Below, one piece after another: positions 56,133 through 64,000 of a stretch of DNA of 64,000 nt. The stretch is from Bdellovibrionales bacterium RIFOXYC1_FULL_37_79. Lineage in GTDB: Bacteria > Bdellovibrionota > Bacteriovoracia > Bacteriovoracales > Bacteriovoracaceae. Numbering within the stretch: position 1 is the stretch's first letter; every line of letters starts with the position of its first letter. Under the pieces are notes generated by a model. It did not search any database. It saw only the letters and a program-made list of their open reading frames with translations, and was not told where the DNA came from. The DNA lies in NCBI GenBank assembly GCA_001770015.1, contig MEQB01000021.1:35064-99063 (forward strand). The letters run 5' to 3'. A program made the translations under genes and the position numbers.

Positions 56133-58862
56133 TTAAAGTTTCCCTTTCAAATCTCTATGACGTTGAGGAGAAGGGGGGGTAACCTCTGTTTTTTCTCGCG
56201 GATTACCTATTCCTGTCGAACTCATTTCATTAGGGGGGGATGGCTTCTTTTTTTTCTCCAACGAAGCCATATACTTCTCCGGTGGAATAAGTTTACCGTC
56301 TTCCATTAATACACACTTTTCATTCTCCTGCGTCTTTTCAACTTTATCAATTTTAATCACATCAGCTTTATCAGTTTTAATCACATCAGGTGGATAGCAG
56401 TCTACTAATTCTATTACAATAACACCGTCATTTTCTACTGCATTTGCCACCTTTAAATCATCCACACTATTAAGAAATTCTGATTCTGGTATTACAAGTT
56501 TTCCGTTTGTGATTTGAAAGGGAGCTTTAGTATTAGTACCAGGAGCATTTTTACTGGGCGCTGAAGATAAAGGCACTTCACTAAGGCTAATTCTGCTGCT
56601 GTCAGGGTTGTTAGTTCTGGTTTTATACTGCTCACGATCCACTGAGAGAAGATCCCCTTTATACATCTGAGGCTGCCTATATCCTGGTGATCCAGGGTAT
56701 ACAATACCTGCGATCATAGAATTCTTGCCACTTGATAAAGGATTTTTCACAGAGTTAACTGATTCAAGTCTCTCATTTTCAAGCTGAGCAATTCTTCTTT
56801 TTAAAGCATCCAATAATAATAGATTTTGATTATTGTCAGATTTATTGTCATTTTTTTGTAATATTTTCTTAAGCTCATTTAACAATTCTGGATTGTTGGA
56901 ATCTTTTATGACTTCAAGTTTCCTCTCGGTAACCATATCTTTAAAACCAGCTATTGCTGGATTTAGTACTAACTCTTCCTTTTTATTACCTACGTCTATT
57001 TCTCTCATTCTTTTAGATTCACTAGATGAAACCAATCTATCAGGCAAAACGACTATCCCCTCGGTTCCTCTATCGTGAGGATCACTAAGTTGTCCCCCCG
57101 AATTTTTCTTTACTGGATCTTTAGGTAGAACAACAACGCCCGGGATTCTGCTCTCTTCATTTTCATTACCACCATTTTCATTACCACCATAGCTCTGAAT
57201 ATAATCACTTGGCGCATACTTCGCAACTCCCTTTTTAACCAATGACACTGTAGGATGTGTTGAAAACAAATTAGGCTTTTCAGGACTTATAAATATTTCC
57301 ATTGCTGTAACCGAAACTGGAGCGTTGCCGTTTGCCTTCAATGCTGATAACTTATTGTGCTGAATTACTTTGTCTGTCTCCAAACAAGCTTGAGGTATAT
57401 GATTAGTGTTTAAAAAATTATCAATCCAAAGCTTTCCCTCCACCAATTTACCCATTAATTTTTGTTTTCTAATACGCACCAATGTAGAACGGATATCTGA
57501 GCAATACTGATATGTAGCATATTCTCGCAAATTTTTTTGCTCCATATTCTGATCGCCCTTAATTTCGTATTCATGAATCAACTTTTTTAAATTATCAATA
57601 ACAGAAACTTTTCTTGCTTTTGCATCGTCGAAACAATAACTTTTAATTGTATCAATACCTGGACGGGCTTTGTCATCATCCCCAAGCACGTTGTTACAAG
57701 AGTTACGATGAAAATCATTTAAGCTTTTTTTTAGCTCCGAAAGTTGTTTATTTTTGGTTTTATTAAATAATTCAACAGGTGCTTGACTTAACGTTGCTCT
57801 ATTTTCTACAAATTCTTTAATTGAATTCTCAATGGCTTCATTATTTTCAGTAAAGATCTCTAAAGCAATTTTTAAACTTTTCTTTTGTGGTTGTGAATAT
57901 GTGTTAAGCTTTTTTAAAACACTACATAGATTTGCATATCCATTTTCTTTCATAACTTTTTCGCTGCCGCAATTATTGTCAACAAATACTTCAGCAGCCT
58001 GGTTATCCTCTGACTCAAAATATTTCGCCATCACGTTTCTCACTTTCAACAACTGTTCCTTAATCCCCTTATCATATTCCGAAAAACTGGCTGTCTGCAA
58101 AAAATCATCCTTTGGTTTTTGATTGTTTAAAGCCTTTGCGTCCTCCTTCTTCATTTGTCCAACCGTTACGATAACCAGATCAAGCCCAGCATTCATCGAT
58201 TCTTCAAAATCCAAAAGTGGAACTCCTCCATTTTGTAAGTTTTTAAAAAGATCATTCTCTCGATTAGGATCATATCCCAATGAACAAAACTTCCTTTTTT
58301 CCTCCGTTTCATACTTCTGAACCTGCTTATTGCTCGAAGCAATTATCTTTTTAAAGCGTCCACTAATATCACATGTAGGAATTCCAGATGGAAACAAATA
58401 CTCCCTGAGGGTGATCTTTTCTAGATTCTTTTCGAGATCCATCCTACGATTTGCATCTTGCTCTATTACCCCCACCTTTAAAAGTTGCGCCTCTCTTACC
58501 CTACCACTATCAACAAAATCGACTCTTTTTTCAACACATTTACAGGCCTTTTCTAGGTCAGAAATAGATACGTTCTTGCAATCATTCTTCTCAAAATAAT
58601 CAAAAATACTCTGTCCCTCCAAAGCCACTGGGGGTGTTAAGGAGTCGCAATCTTTTTGTCCATTAATAATTCTCTCGGTCCAAAAACAACCATCCTTTCG
58701 GTCTGAATGTTGTAATTCATTTTCAGTGCTATTAGTTGTCTTTTTCTCTATTTGTTTATCTCCAGATAGAGGCTTCGATCTCTTCCCGTAAACCTCTGAA
58801 ATGTTCAACCCTAGCACCACAAGTATGAGTAAAATATAATACTGATTTAGCATTTTCACCAT
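56133..58862 (-). CDS. large hypothetical secreted protein (about 909 aa), Cys-containing, no recognisable domain
   Basis: Signal peptide (MVKMLNQYYILLILVVLGLNISEVYG) from the ATG at 58862; the track uses an upstream TTG at 58886. It contains small internal tandem duplications (24 bp x2 at about 56349-56396; 15 bp x2 at about 57169-57198). Confidence 0.65.
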   Translation of the reverse strand: MVKMLNQYYILLILVVLGLNISEVYGKRSKPLSGDKQIEKKTTNSTENELQHSDRKDGCFWTERIINGQKDCDSLTPPVALEGQSIFDYFEKNDCKNVSISDLEKACKCVEKRVDFVDSGRVREAQLLKVGVIEQDANRRMDLEKNLEKITLREYLFPSGIPTCDISGRFKKIIASSNKQVQKYETEEKRKFCSLGYDPNRENDLFKNLQNGGVPLLDFEESMNAGLDLVIVTVGQMKKEDAKALNNQKPKDDFLQTASFSEYDKGIKEQLLKVRNVMAKYFESEDNQAAEVFVDNNCGSEKVMKENGYANLCSVLKKLNTYSQPQKKSLKIALEIFTENNEAIENSIKEFVENRATLSQAPVELFNKTKNKQLSELKKSLNDFHRNSCNNVLGDDDKARPGIDTIKSYCFDDAKARKVSVIDNLKKLIHEYEIKGDQNMEQKNLREYATYQYCSDIRSTLVRIRKQKLMGKLVEGKLWIDNFLNTNHIPQACLETDKVIQHNKLSALKANGNAPVSVTAMEIFISPEKPNLFSTHPTVSLVKKGVAKYAPSDYIQSYGGNENGGNENEESRIPGVVVLPKDPVKKNSGGQLSDPHDRGTEGIVVLPDRLVSSSESKRMREIDVGNKKEELVLNPAIAGFKDMVTERKLEVIKDSNNPELLNELKKILQKNDNKSDNNQNLLLLDALKRRIAQLENERLESVNSVKNPLSSGKNSMIAGIVYPGSPGYRQPQMYKGDLLSVDREQYKTRTNNPDSSRISLSEVPLSSAPSKNAPGTNTKAPFQITNGKLVIPESEFLNSVDDLKVANAVENDGVIVIELVDCYPPDVIKTDKADVIKIDKVEKTQENEKCVLMEDGKLIPPEKYMASLEKKKKPSPPNEMSSTGIGNPREKTEVTPPSPQRHRDLKGKL

Positions 58863-59192
58863 ATCCCCACACTTAACATTCCCCAAAATACATCCAAAAA
58901 TATTGGGACTCTTATTTTTCTATTAAAACCCATTGTGCAACCGTATCGGTAAATCTTCCAAAAAATGTTACATCAAATGATACTTTCAATTTTTTTCTTT
59001 AAATCCAAGTACTTTATAAAAATTTAAATACTCACTCTTTTCAATTCAATTAGCCATGATTGCCTTAAAAACTTGGCACTCTTTCAAATTTTCACTAATC
59101 CTTTTTTCTTTTCTAAAATAAATATATAATCATCCTAAATTATTAATTATTTTTTACCGATCTATACATAAATGAGGGATGATATTTTTTTT

Positions 59193-60017
59193 ATGAAAAT
59201 TGCACTATATATACTTATATTGTCATTTCTACAAATCCACGTGGTTTATGGAAATTGTAATGGAAAGAATTGCCTCGACATATCAATATTTCCATTACCA
59301 AATAACAATTATGACACCATAGTTGCTTTTAAAAATAAATTTCAGTTCCCCGACGAGACCTATGCGTGGTTTGGCTTAACTTATCCTCTCATCAAAAAGG
59401 CAACCAGCTCTAGTCATCACACCTATTGTCGTGCAAACTTATATCACGACATTGACCTCTATCCAAAATCCGATCGGACATATGCTCTTGTGGAATATAA
59501 TGCTCTTGTAAAATATGATGTAGATGTAACTACAAATAGTTTAAAAAAAAATGTCGATATGAAGATCCGTTTTTCATTTAGCGACGATATTCTCCAACAA
59601 AATCAAAAATATCAAGATTTAATTAATAAATCCGTAGTTAAAAAAGTTGAAATTGTAGATAAAAACCCTAAAAATCAAATTGAGGTAATGCGAACTTGGT
59701 ATGAAATTCAATGCGAAAATAGACCTGAAGCTGTAGATGTTTATGATTCGGAACAATTTGACAAAAATAAAAAAATAATGGAAATGCCCATCTATGGCTG
59801 TATAGTAGACGGAAAGGAGATTTTTGCTTTATACGATTTTTCATCGGAAAGTGATGATTTAAATTTTCAATTATCCGATTTAAAAGCACACATTTATCCC
59901 TTAGCGGACGATTGGCCTTTATATGAAAATATTCCAAATACTAAAAGACATCTAATGAATTGTTCTATCACTCCTCCCAAGGGTACTGAACATGAATACT
60001 TGATCGCTAAAAAATAA
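59193..60017 (+). CDS. hypothetical exported protein (274 aa)
   Basis: The ATG at 59193 gives the signal peptide MKIALYILILSFLQIHVVYG. It is divergent from the 909-aa gene across about 330 bp of AT-rich DNA. Confidence 0.6.
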   Translation: MKIALYILILSFLQIHVVYGNCNGKNCLDISIFPLPNNNYDTIVAFKNKFQFPDETYAWFGLTYPLIKKATSSSHHTYCRANLYHDIDLYPKSDRTYALVEYNALVKYDVDVTTNSLKKNVDMKIRFSFSDDILQQNQKYQDLINKSVVKKVEIVDKNPKNQIEVMRTWYEIQCENRPEAVDVYDSEQFDKNKKIMEMPIYGCIVDGKEIFALYDFSSESDDLNFQLSDLKAHIYPLADDWPLYENIPNTKRHLMNCSITPPKGTEHEYLIAKK

Positions 60018-60171
60018 TTTTTCCTGTCCTTTTGCCTGGCATTTTTTGATAAACCTTAATAAATACCTTTGCGATCGATATGATTTTATTGTTAAATCTA
60101 GTGGTTTTTTAACATTCGAAGAAGTTTCTTATTTCAGAAACAATACGTTATTGGGTACATAATAAAATCCA

Positions 60172-60210
60172 AATAAGTTACACTAAATTATTTATGCCTT
60201 GTAACTTATT
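60172..60210. terminator. 11-bp perfect stem (AATAAGTTACA / TGTAACTTATT) with a 17-nt loop between convergent genes; probable bidirectional terminator
   Basis: It lies 14 nt after the minus-strand kinase stop (60224) and about 155 nt after the plus-strand gene stop (60017). T-rich tracts follow on both strands. Confidence 0.5.
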
Positions 60211-60223
60211 CCTCTTTTAATTT

Positions 60224-62269
60224 TCAATCCTCCCACGGACACTTCTTCTTTAGATAGGTTAAAAACGCAAGTTTTTGTGTCTCCTCAAGATCACTGCCAG
60301 ATACCAAGAAAAGTTTCTGATATCCTTCCTTATGGAGTTTTTTAGAAAACTCATCACCCATAACCTCACCTTCGCCTAAATCACGATCAAGATAAATCTC
60401 GGTATTTTTCTTTGAAATTTTATCTCTGTAGTGATCAAAATCTCTGGTGCTAGGAAGCGTAAGAAGTTGAATATTTTTTTTCCTAGCAATATGTTCCCAA
60501 CCAGTACGGAGCAAATCGTTATTCTCAATATAAATTGCGTCAAAAAATTCCCCTTCCATTTTTACAATATTCATTGGAACAATCCCTATATCGGCTTTGG
60601 GAAGAATTTTACACCCTAGTTTCTCGACCCTGGATTGTATAGTGAACTCATCATAGTAACTGGTAACCAATATCGCTTTATTACCAACGCCCAGCTCTTC
60701 AATCAGATCTAATCCACGTGTTTTATGATTTATAATTTCATAATCAAAAAGATAAATTGCATCTTTTATATTATTATTACTTATCCACTCTCTTACTTCA
60801 CTTGGGGTAGAAAAGTGAACTCTGGCATTATTTATCCCGATAAATTTTTGTTCCCACGCTTTATGAATCCCTGGATCATCATCCAGTATCAAGATAGTAT
60901 CCTTTTCTTTTATTGTTATTTTTTCTAAAAACCACCCAGGTGTAGCAACTTTATCAAGGACGATAATAACACTAGTACCAGTCCCAACAGCCGATGAAAT
61001 TACCAGCGATCCACCCCAAGATTCAATCGTATTTTTAGCATGATAAAGACCAATCCCCGATCCGGATTGTTCGTGCTTGTCCTTACCATAGGAAAAATTC
61101 TCTTCCGTAACTCTGTCGATTATGCTTTCTGGAATCCCTTTTCCATTATCTTTAACTTCAATTTTAATTTTCCAATCAGATTCATGGGCTGTAATAATAA
61201 TTTCTCCCCTTGACTCATCAAATGCTTCTACAGAATTGTTTATTAAGTTGGAAAGTATGCGCTTAAGCTCACTGGAATTTATCTTGGAGAACAAACCATA
61301 CGCTTTATCCAGATTTGAAAAAATGTTTATCTCAAATTTGGTCCTGTAATGAAATCTTTTTTCTGAAATAATTTCTTGAATCAATGTTGAAATCATTTCA
61401 GGTCGCAAGTTATCGATAGGTTTATAATCAATCTTTCTTTTTGCAAGCAAATTATTAGCAATATCCTGGATTCTTTGAATCGCATTTTTTAATACATACC
61501 TCTTATCTTCCGGAATATTATCAATATCCTTTATCACCATCGAAAGAGCAGCCAGAGGAGAACGGATATCGTGTGATACTTGCGAGGAAATTCTTGATAA
61601 AATTTCAAGCTTGGATAAATCATTGATTCTCTCTAGACTAACTATGATTTTATTTATTATTCTTAATAAAAATTTATCATCACTTGAATTTATAGACTTT
61701 TTAAGCGTGTCAACAACTTCGAAATAATTATCTCCTTCGACAAAAGGCATCAGAAGTGCGTGTTCTCTTTGGCGTTGCTTGTAACCTGATAAGTGAATAA
61801 CCCCGATAAGTATCCCATAAAGAATAATTACAACAAAATATAAAATTTTATTACTTGATAACGAATCAAGGGCTACAAATCTTTTGTCGATGTAAAATGT
61901 GAGTCGGCCATATTTTACTCCCTTGACAATTATTTCATAAAAAAAAACTGATCTAAATACATCCAAAAAACTTTTTTGGGTCTTTTCACCAATTTCAAAA
62001 ACCACATTTTCCTTGGCCAAAAAAAACTCTATAAAACAAACAGGTTTTTTCATCAAAAAATTGACCTGGTGCCAATAAATTGAAGTGGCAAACTCTGTAT
62101 TTGAAATTTCTAGCAACGAATCAAAGGAGGATAATCTCGATTTTATTTCAACTATTATTTTTTTTTCATTCGTATGAGCTTGAAATAGTAAAATAAGTAA
62201 TAATGTTAGAATGACTATAAATAAGTAAAATATATAATATACTGTTTTTGTCGATTTATTTAAGTTCAT
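60224..62269 (-). CDS. membrane hybrid sensor histidine kinase with one canonical and one degenerate C-terminal receiver domain
   Basis: Two TM helices flank a periplasmic region of about 110 aa. H-box SHDIRSPL and G2 GSGIGLY are present. REC1 has ILILDDDPG...LFDYEI...LVTS...KILPK. A second REC-like segment lacks the acidic pair (IYIENNDL...IYLDRDLG...LVSGS). Confidence 0.88.
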   Translation of the reverse strand: MNLNKSTKTVYYIFYLFIVILTLLLILLFQAHTNEKKIIVEIKSRLSSFDSLLEISNTEFATSIYWHQVNFLMKKPVCFIEFFLAKENVVFEIGEKTQKSFLDVFRSVFFYEIIVKGVKYGRLTFYIDKRFVALDSLSSNKILYFVVIILYGILIGVIHLSGYKQRQREHALLMPFVEGDNYFEVVDTLKKSINSSDDKFLLRIINKIIVSLERINDLSKLEILSRISSQVSHDIRSPLAALSMVIKDIDNIPEDKRYVLKNAIQRIQDIANNLLAKRKIDYKPIDNLRPEMISTLIQEIISEKRFHYRTKFEINIFSNLDKAYGLFSKINSSELKRILSNLINNSVEAFDESRGEIIITAHESDWKIKIEVKDNGKGIPESIIDRVTEENFSYGKDKHEQSGSGIGLYHAKNTIESWGGSLVISSAVGTGTSVIIVLDKVATPGWFLEKITIKEKDTILILDDDPGIHKAWEQKFIGINNARVHFSTPSEVREWISNNNIKDAIYLFDYEIINHKTRGLDLIEELGVGNKAILVTSYYDEFTIQSRVEKLGCKILPKADIGIVPMNIVKMEGEFFDAIYIENNDLLRTGWEHIARKKNIQLLTLPSTRDFDHYRDKISKKNTEIYLDRDLGEGEVMGDEFSKKLHKEGYQKLFLVSGSDLEETQKLAFLTYLKKKCPWED

Positions 62270-63575
62270 AAACCTTATAATTATTTAAATCCATATTGTT
62301 TGAAACCTTGGGTAATTCAAAATTTCTAGGATAATAGTAATACTTTTTAATTTGAACCAAGGGCAATACATAATTGAATTTTATCAATCTATGCATTTTT
62401 TCTTCATTTGATAATTTTGTTTTACTTTTATAAATACCATCTATCGTATCAATAATCCGGTCTTTTTCAGAATCGTTTGTGAACGATATCATGTAATCTT
62501 TGATGGATCGACCTCCATGAAGTATAAGTGCAACACCATAATCTTTTTCCTTAGACTCCAACATCTTTGCAGCCTCGTTAACTCCTACTTGTTGTGCCTT
62601 TATAAAAATATTGTATTTATTAAGTACACTGTTGAAATAATTCTCTAATTGAATTCTTTTTTGTTTATCTTGAAAATATGTAAACCGAATCTCCCTTCTC
62701 TTCTCAAGACCGTTAAATACACACTTCCTCTTAATCTTATAATTTAATTTTTCTAAAACACCTAGTGGAAAAAATTCATCCATTACTCTAAACGTAGTAT
62801 CTTCCCCGTATACTATCTCGTGAATAGTTTTTTGATCGACACAATTATAAACGATATCCCTTATTTTTTTATCTTTGTCATTTGTTAAAAGATAGGATGC
62901 TTCAACATGAAAATAGGCATACTTGTTATAATCCTTTTTGATATTATTTGGAATATCCACATAATTCAAATAATTATACTCTTGGACAATTCCATCAAAT
63001 GTTTGTTTGTTACGAAAATTTAATATTAATATACTTGAATATTTTAGCCTCGAATCGATCGAGGTTAACAAAATCTCCTTACCAGGAATAAAGCGGGTTA
63101 TCTTATATGGCGAAATTCCATAACTTCCTTTTTGGTCTGTAAAAGTAATTACATAATCAAACGAAGAAAATTTTTCAACAAACTCAGGGTATGGTAATAA
63201 AAACTTAAGCCTTAAACATTTTGATGACTCAATATGAATTTTAACAACGACGTTACCAATAAATGATTTAAGATTATTTATTAGAATATCCGTTGTCAAT
63301 TTCATGCCATTAGAAAAATAACTATCATCCCTTAAACACAATTGATAGTTATCAAAACCAGTGTTCGCGTTCCAATTCTCAAGAATTCTTGATTTATAAC
63401 CCTCTCCAGTATAATAAAATAACGGCTCGAAAAGTTGATTTATATAAAAAAATTTATAATTTGTTCGATGATCCTTATTATCAATCACCTCCGGAATATC
63501 AGGTAAAAAGACTTTAAATGTTTCTCCAAAAGTTATTCGAGTTAAAAATAATAAAAAAAAAATTATTCTATACAA
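62256..63575 (-). CDS. periplasmic solute-binding-protein-like protein (family 5-like, weak)
   Basis: 439 aa with a signal peptide. The N-terminal region (FFYINQLFEPLFYYTGEGYKSRILENW) resembles the start of SBP_bac_5 proteins. It overlaps the downstream kinase by 14 nt. Confidence 0.5.
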   Translation of the reverse strand: MYRIIFFLLFLTRITFGETFKVFLPDIPEVIDNKDHRTNYKFFYINQLFEPLFYYTGEGYKSRILENWNANTGFDNYQLCLRDDSYFSNGMKLTTDILINNLKSFIGNVVVKIHIESSKCLRLKFLLPYPEFVEKFSSFDYVITFTDQKGSYGISPYKITRFIPGKEILLTSIDSRLKYSSILILNFRNKQTFDGIVQEYNYLNYVDIPNNIKKDYNKYAYFHVEASYLLTNDKDKKIRDIVYNCVDQKTIHEIVYGEDTTFRVMDEFFPLGVLEKLNYKIKRKCVFNGLEKRREIRFTYFQDKQKRIQLENYFNSVLNKYNIFIKAQQVGVNEAAKMLESKEKDYGVALILHGGRSIKDYMISFTNDSEKDRIIDTIDGIYKSKTKLSNEEKMHRLIKFNYVLPLVQIKKYYYYPRNFELPKVSNNMDLNNYKVYELK

Positions 63576-63921
63576 ATTTTGCCACCCCTATCATCTTTTG
63601 CTTAAAACCATGTTTTATAAAATGCTTAAATGATCTATAATTATTTGAAACGATAGAAACATGATAACACTGATGATCCAACTTTTGTAGATATTCCTGA
63701 CACACGAAATGAGCTTTATTCCTTAGCTTAGCATCGATATTAAGATCAACCCATTTATGAAGTGCTATAGCATCAATATTAACGTAAGGATCAAGTCCAT
63801 AAACAAGAACAAGATGGGCCACCAATTCCCCTTCAATCTTAATTAATACATGTTGATCATTTTCAAGCATTTTAAAATACATCTCCCAATTTTTCGCAAT
63901 TATTTCTTTGCTACTATTCAT
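63568..63921 (-). CDS. small hypothetical protein (117 aa), possibly a truncated GNAT-like fold
   Basis: The C-terminal SNNYRSFKHFIKHGFKQ resembles the GNAT ...N..a..ly.k.GF... end, but I see no acetyl-CoA P-loop motif. It overlaps the SBP-like gene by 8 nt. Confidence 0.35.
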   Translation of the reverse strand: MNSSKEIIAKNWEMYFKMLENDQHVLIKIEGELVAHLVLVYGLDPYVNIDAIALHKWVDLNIDAKLRNKAHFVCQEYLQKLDHQCYHVSIVSNNYRSFKHFIKHGFKQKMIGVAKFV

Positions 63922-64000
63922 TAAGACAGTATCAATATAATCTTTTGTTCAACATCTCTATGTCCACCCAAGCATTTTGCTCAACTATAATTTTAACCAA

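Noticed and set aside
59073-59078. TGGCAC (sigma-54 -24 element look-alike) upstream of the 59193 gene
   Set aside because: The sequence 5 nt downstream is CAAA, not TTGC, so the -12 GC element is missing at the required spacing. I regard it as a chance hexamer.
63932-64000. Minus-strand open frame entering from the right window edge (…LVKIIVEQNAWVDIEMLNKRLY, stop at 63932-63934)
   Set aside because: Only 22 codons are visible, with no recognisable motif, so it cannot be told from chance in AT-rich DNA. It may be the 3' end of an upstream gene but is not reportable.
1-64000. Search for mobile elements, CRISPR arrays, tRNA/rRNA genes, prophage genes, or defence systems (restriction-modification, toxin-antitoxin pairs, Cas, retrons, etc.)
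   Set aside because: I found no transposase, integrase or recombinase motifs, no spaced direct-repeat arrays, no tRNA-like T-arm sequences in the intergenic gaps, and no nuclease/methylase pairs. The only TA-like element is the solo HicB-like ORF reported above.

Overview
AT-rich (about one-third GC by eye, not computed), densely coding chromosomal segment of a Gram-negative bacterium with flagella and type IV pili. Gene content and synteny recall Bdellovibrionota/Oligoflexia/Myxococcota-type lineages: pilB-pilT-pilC, an ABC pair, pilD-pilMNOPQ, a MoxR/Bat operon, tamB next to bamA, and many TPR proteins. The taxon cannot be fixed from this window. I support about 55 CDS, many with 4-nt ATGA-type overlaps. 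From 0 to 40 kb, 34 of 35 CDS are on the minus strand: two secreted hypotheticals, rplM-rpsI, a TPR-tamB-bamA operon, efp, aroQ, the full type IV pilus machinery without a pilin gene, ribF, a MoxR-DUF58-BatA/B/C/D operon, rlmI, an rlmE/PBP-like/NFACT (RqcH-like)/secreted-protein operon, and a regulatory-domain-less sigma-54 activator. At 40.1-43.0 kb the coding strand switches around a 400-bp AT-rich non-coding gap carrying DnaA-box matches. From 43 to 55.4 kb all genes are on the plus strand: fliD-fliS-chaperone-like, a Maf-N-like protein, two oversized GT9 heptosyltransferase-like proteins, a 208-aa ORF, a histidine kinase, a CheY-like regulator, nadK and recN. From 55 to 64 kb lie an orphan HicB-like gene, three orphan secreted proteins (one of about 909 aa) and a small-protein/SBP-like/hybrid-kinase operon. 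I found no rRNA, tRNA, CRISPR, transposase, integrase or prophage genes. The best candidates for something undescribed are: (1) the GT9-like/Maf-like module attached to the flagellar cap operon, a possible new flagellin glycosylation system; (2) an A AAA AAA slippery heptamer in the 55-nt overlap between the 208-aa ORF and the kinase; (3) a possible oriC at 40.8-41.2 kb; (4) the translationally coupled rlmE/PBP-like/NFACT/secreted-protein operon. All functional calls come from motif recognition by eye; no database search was possible.
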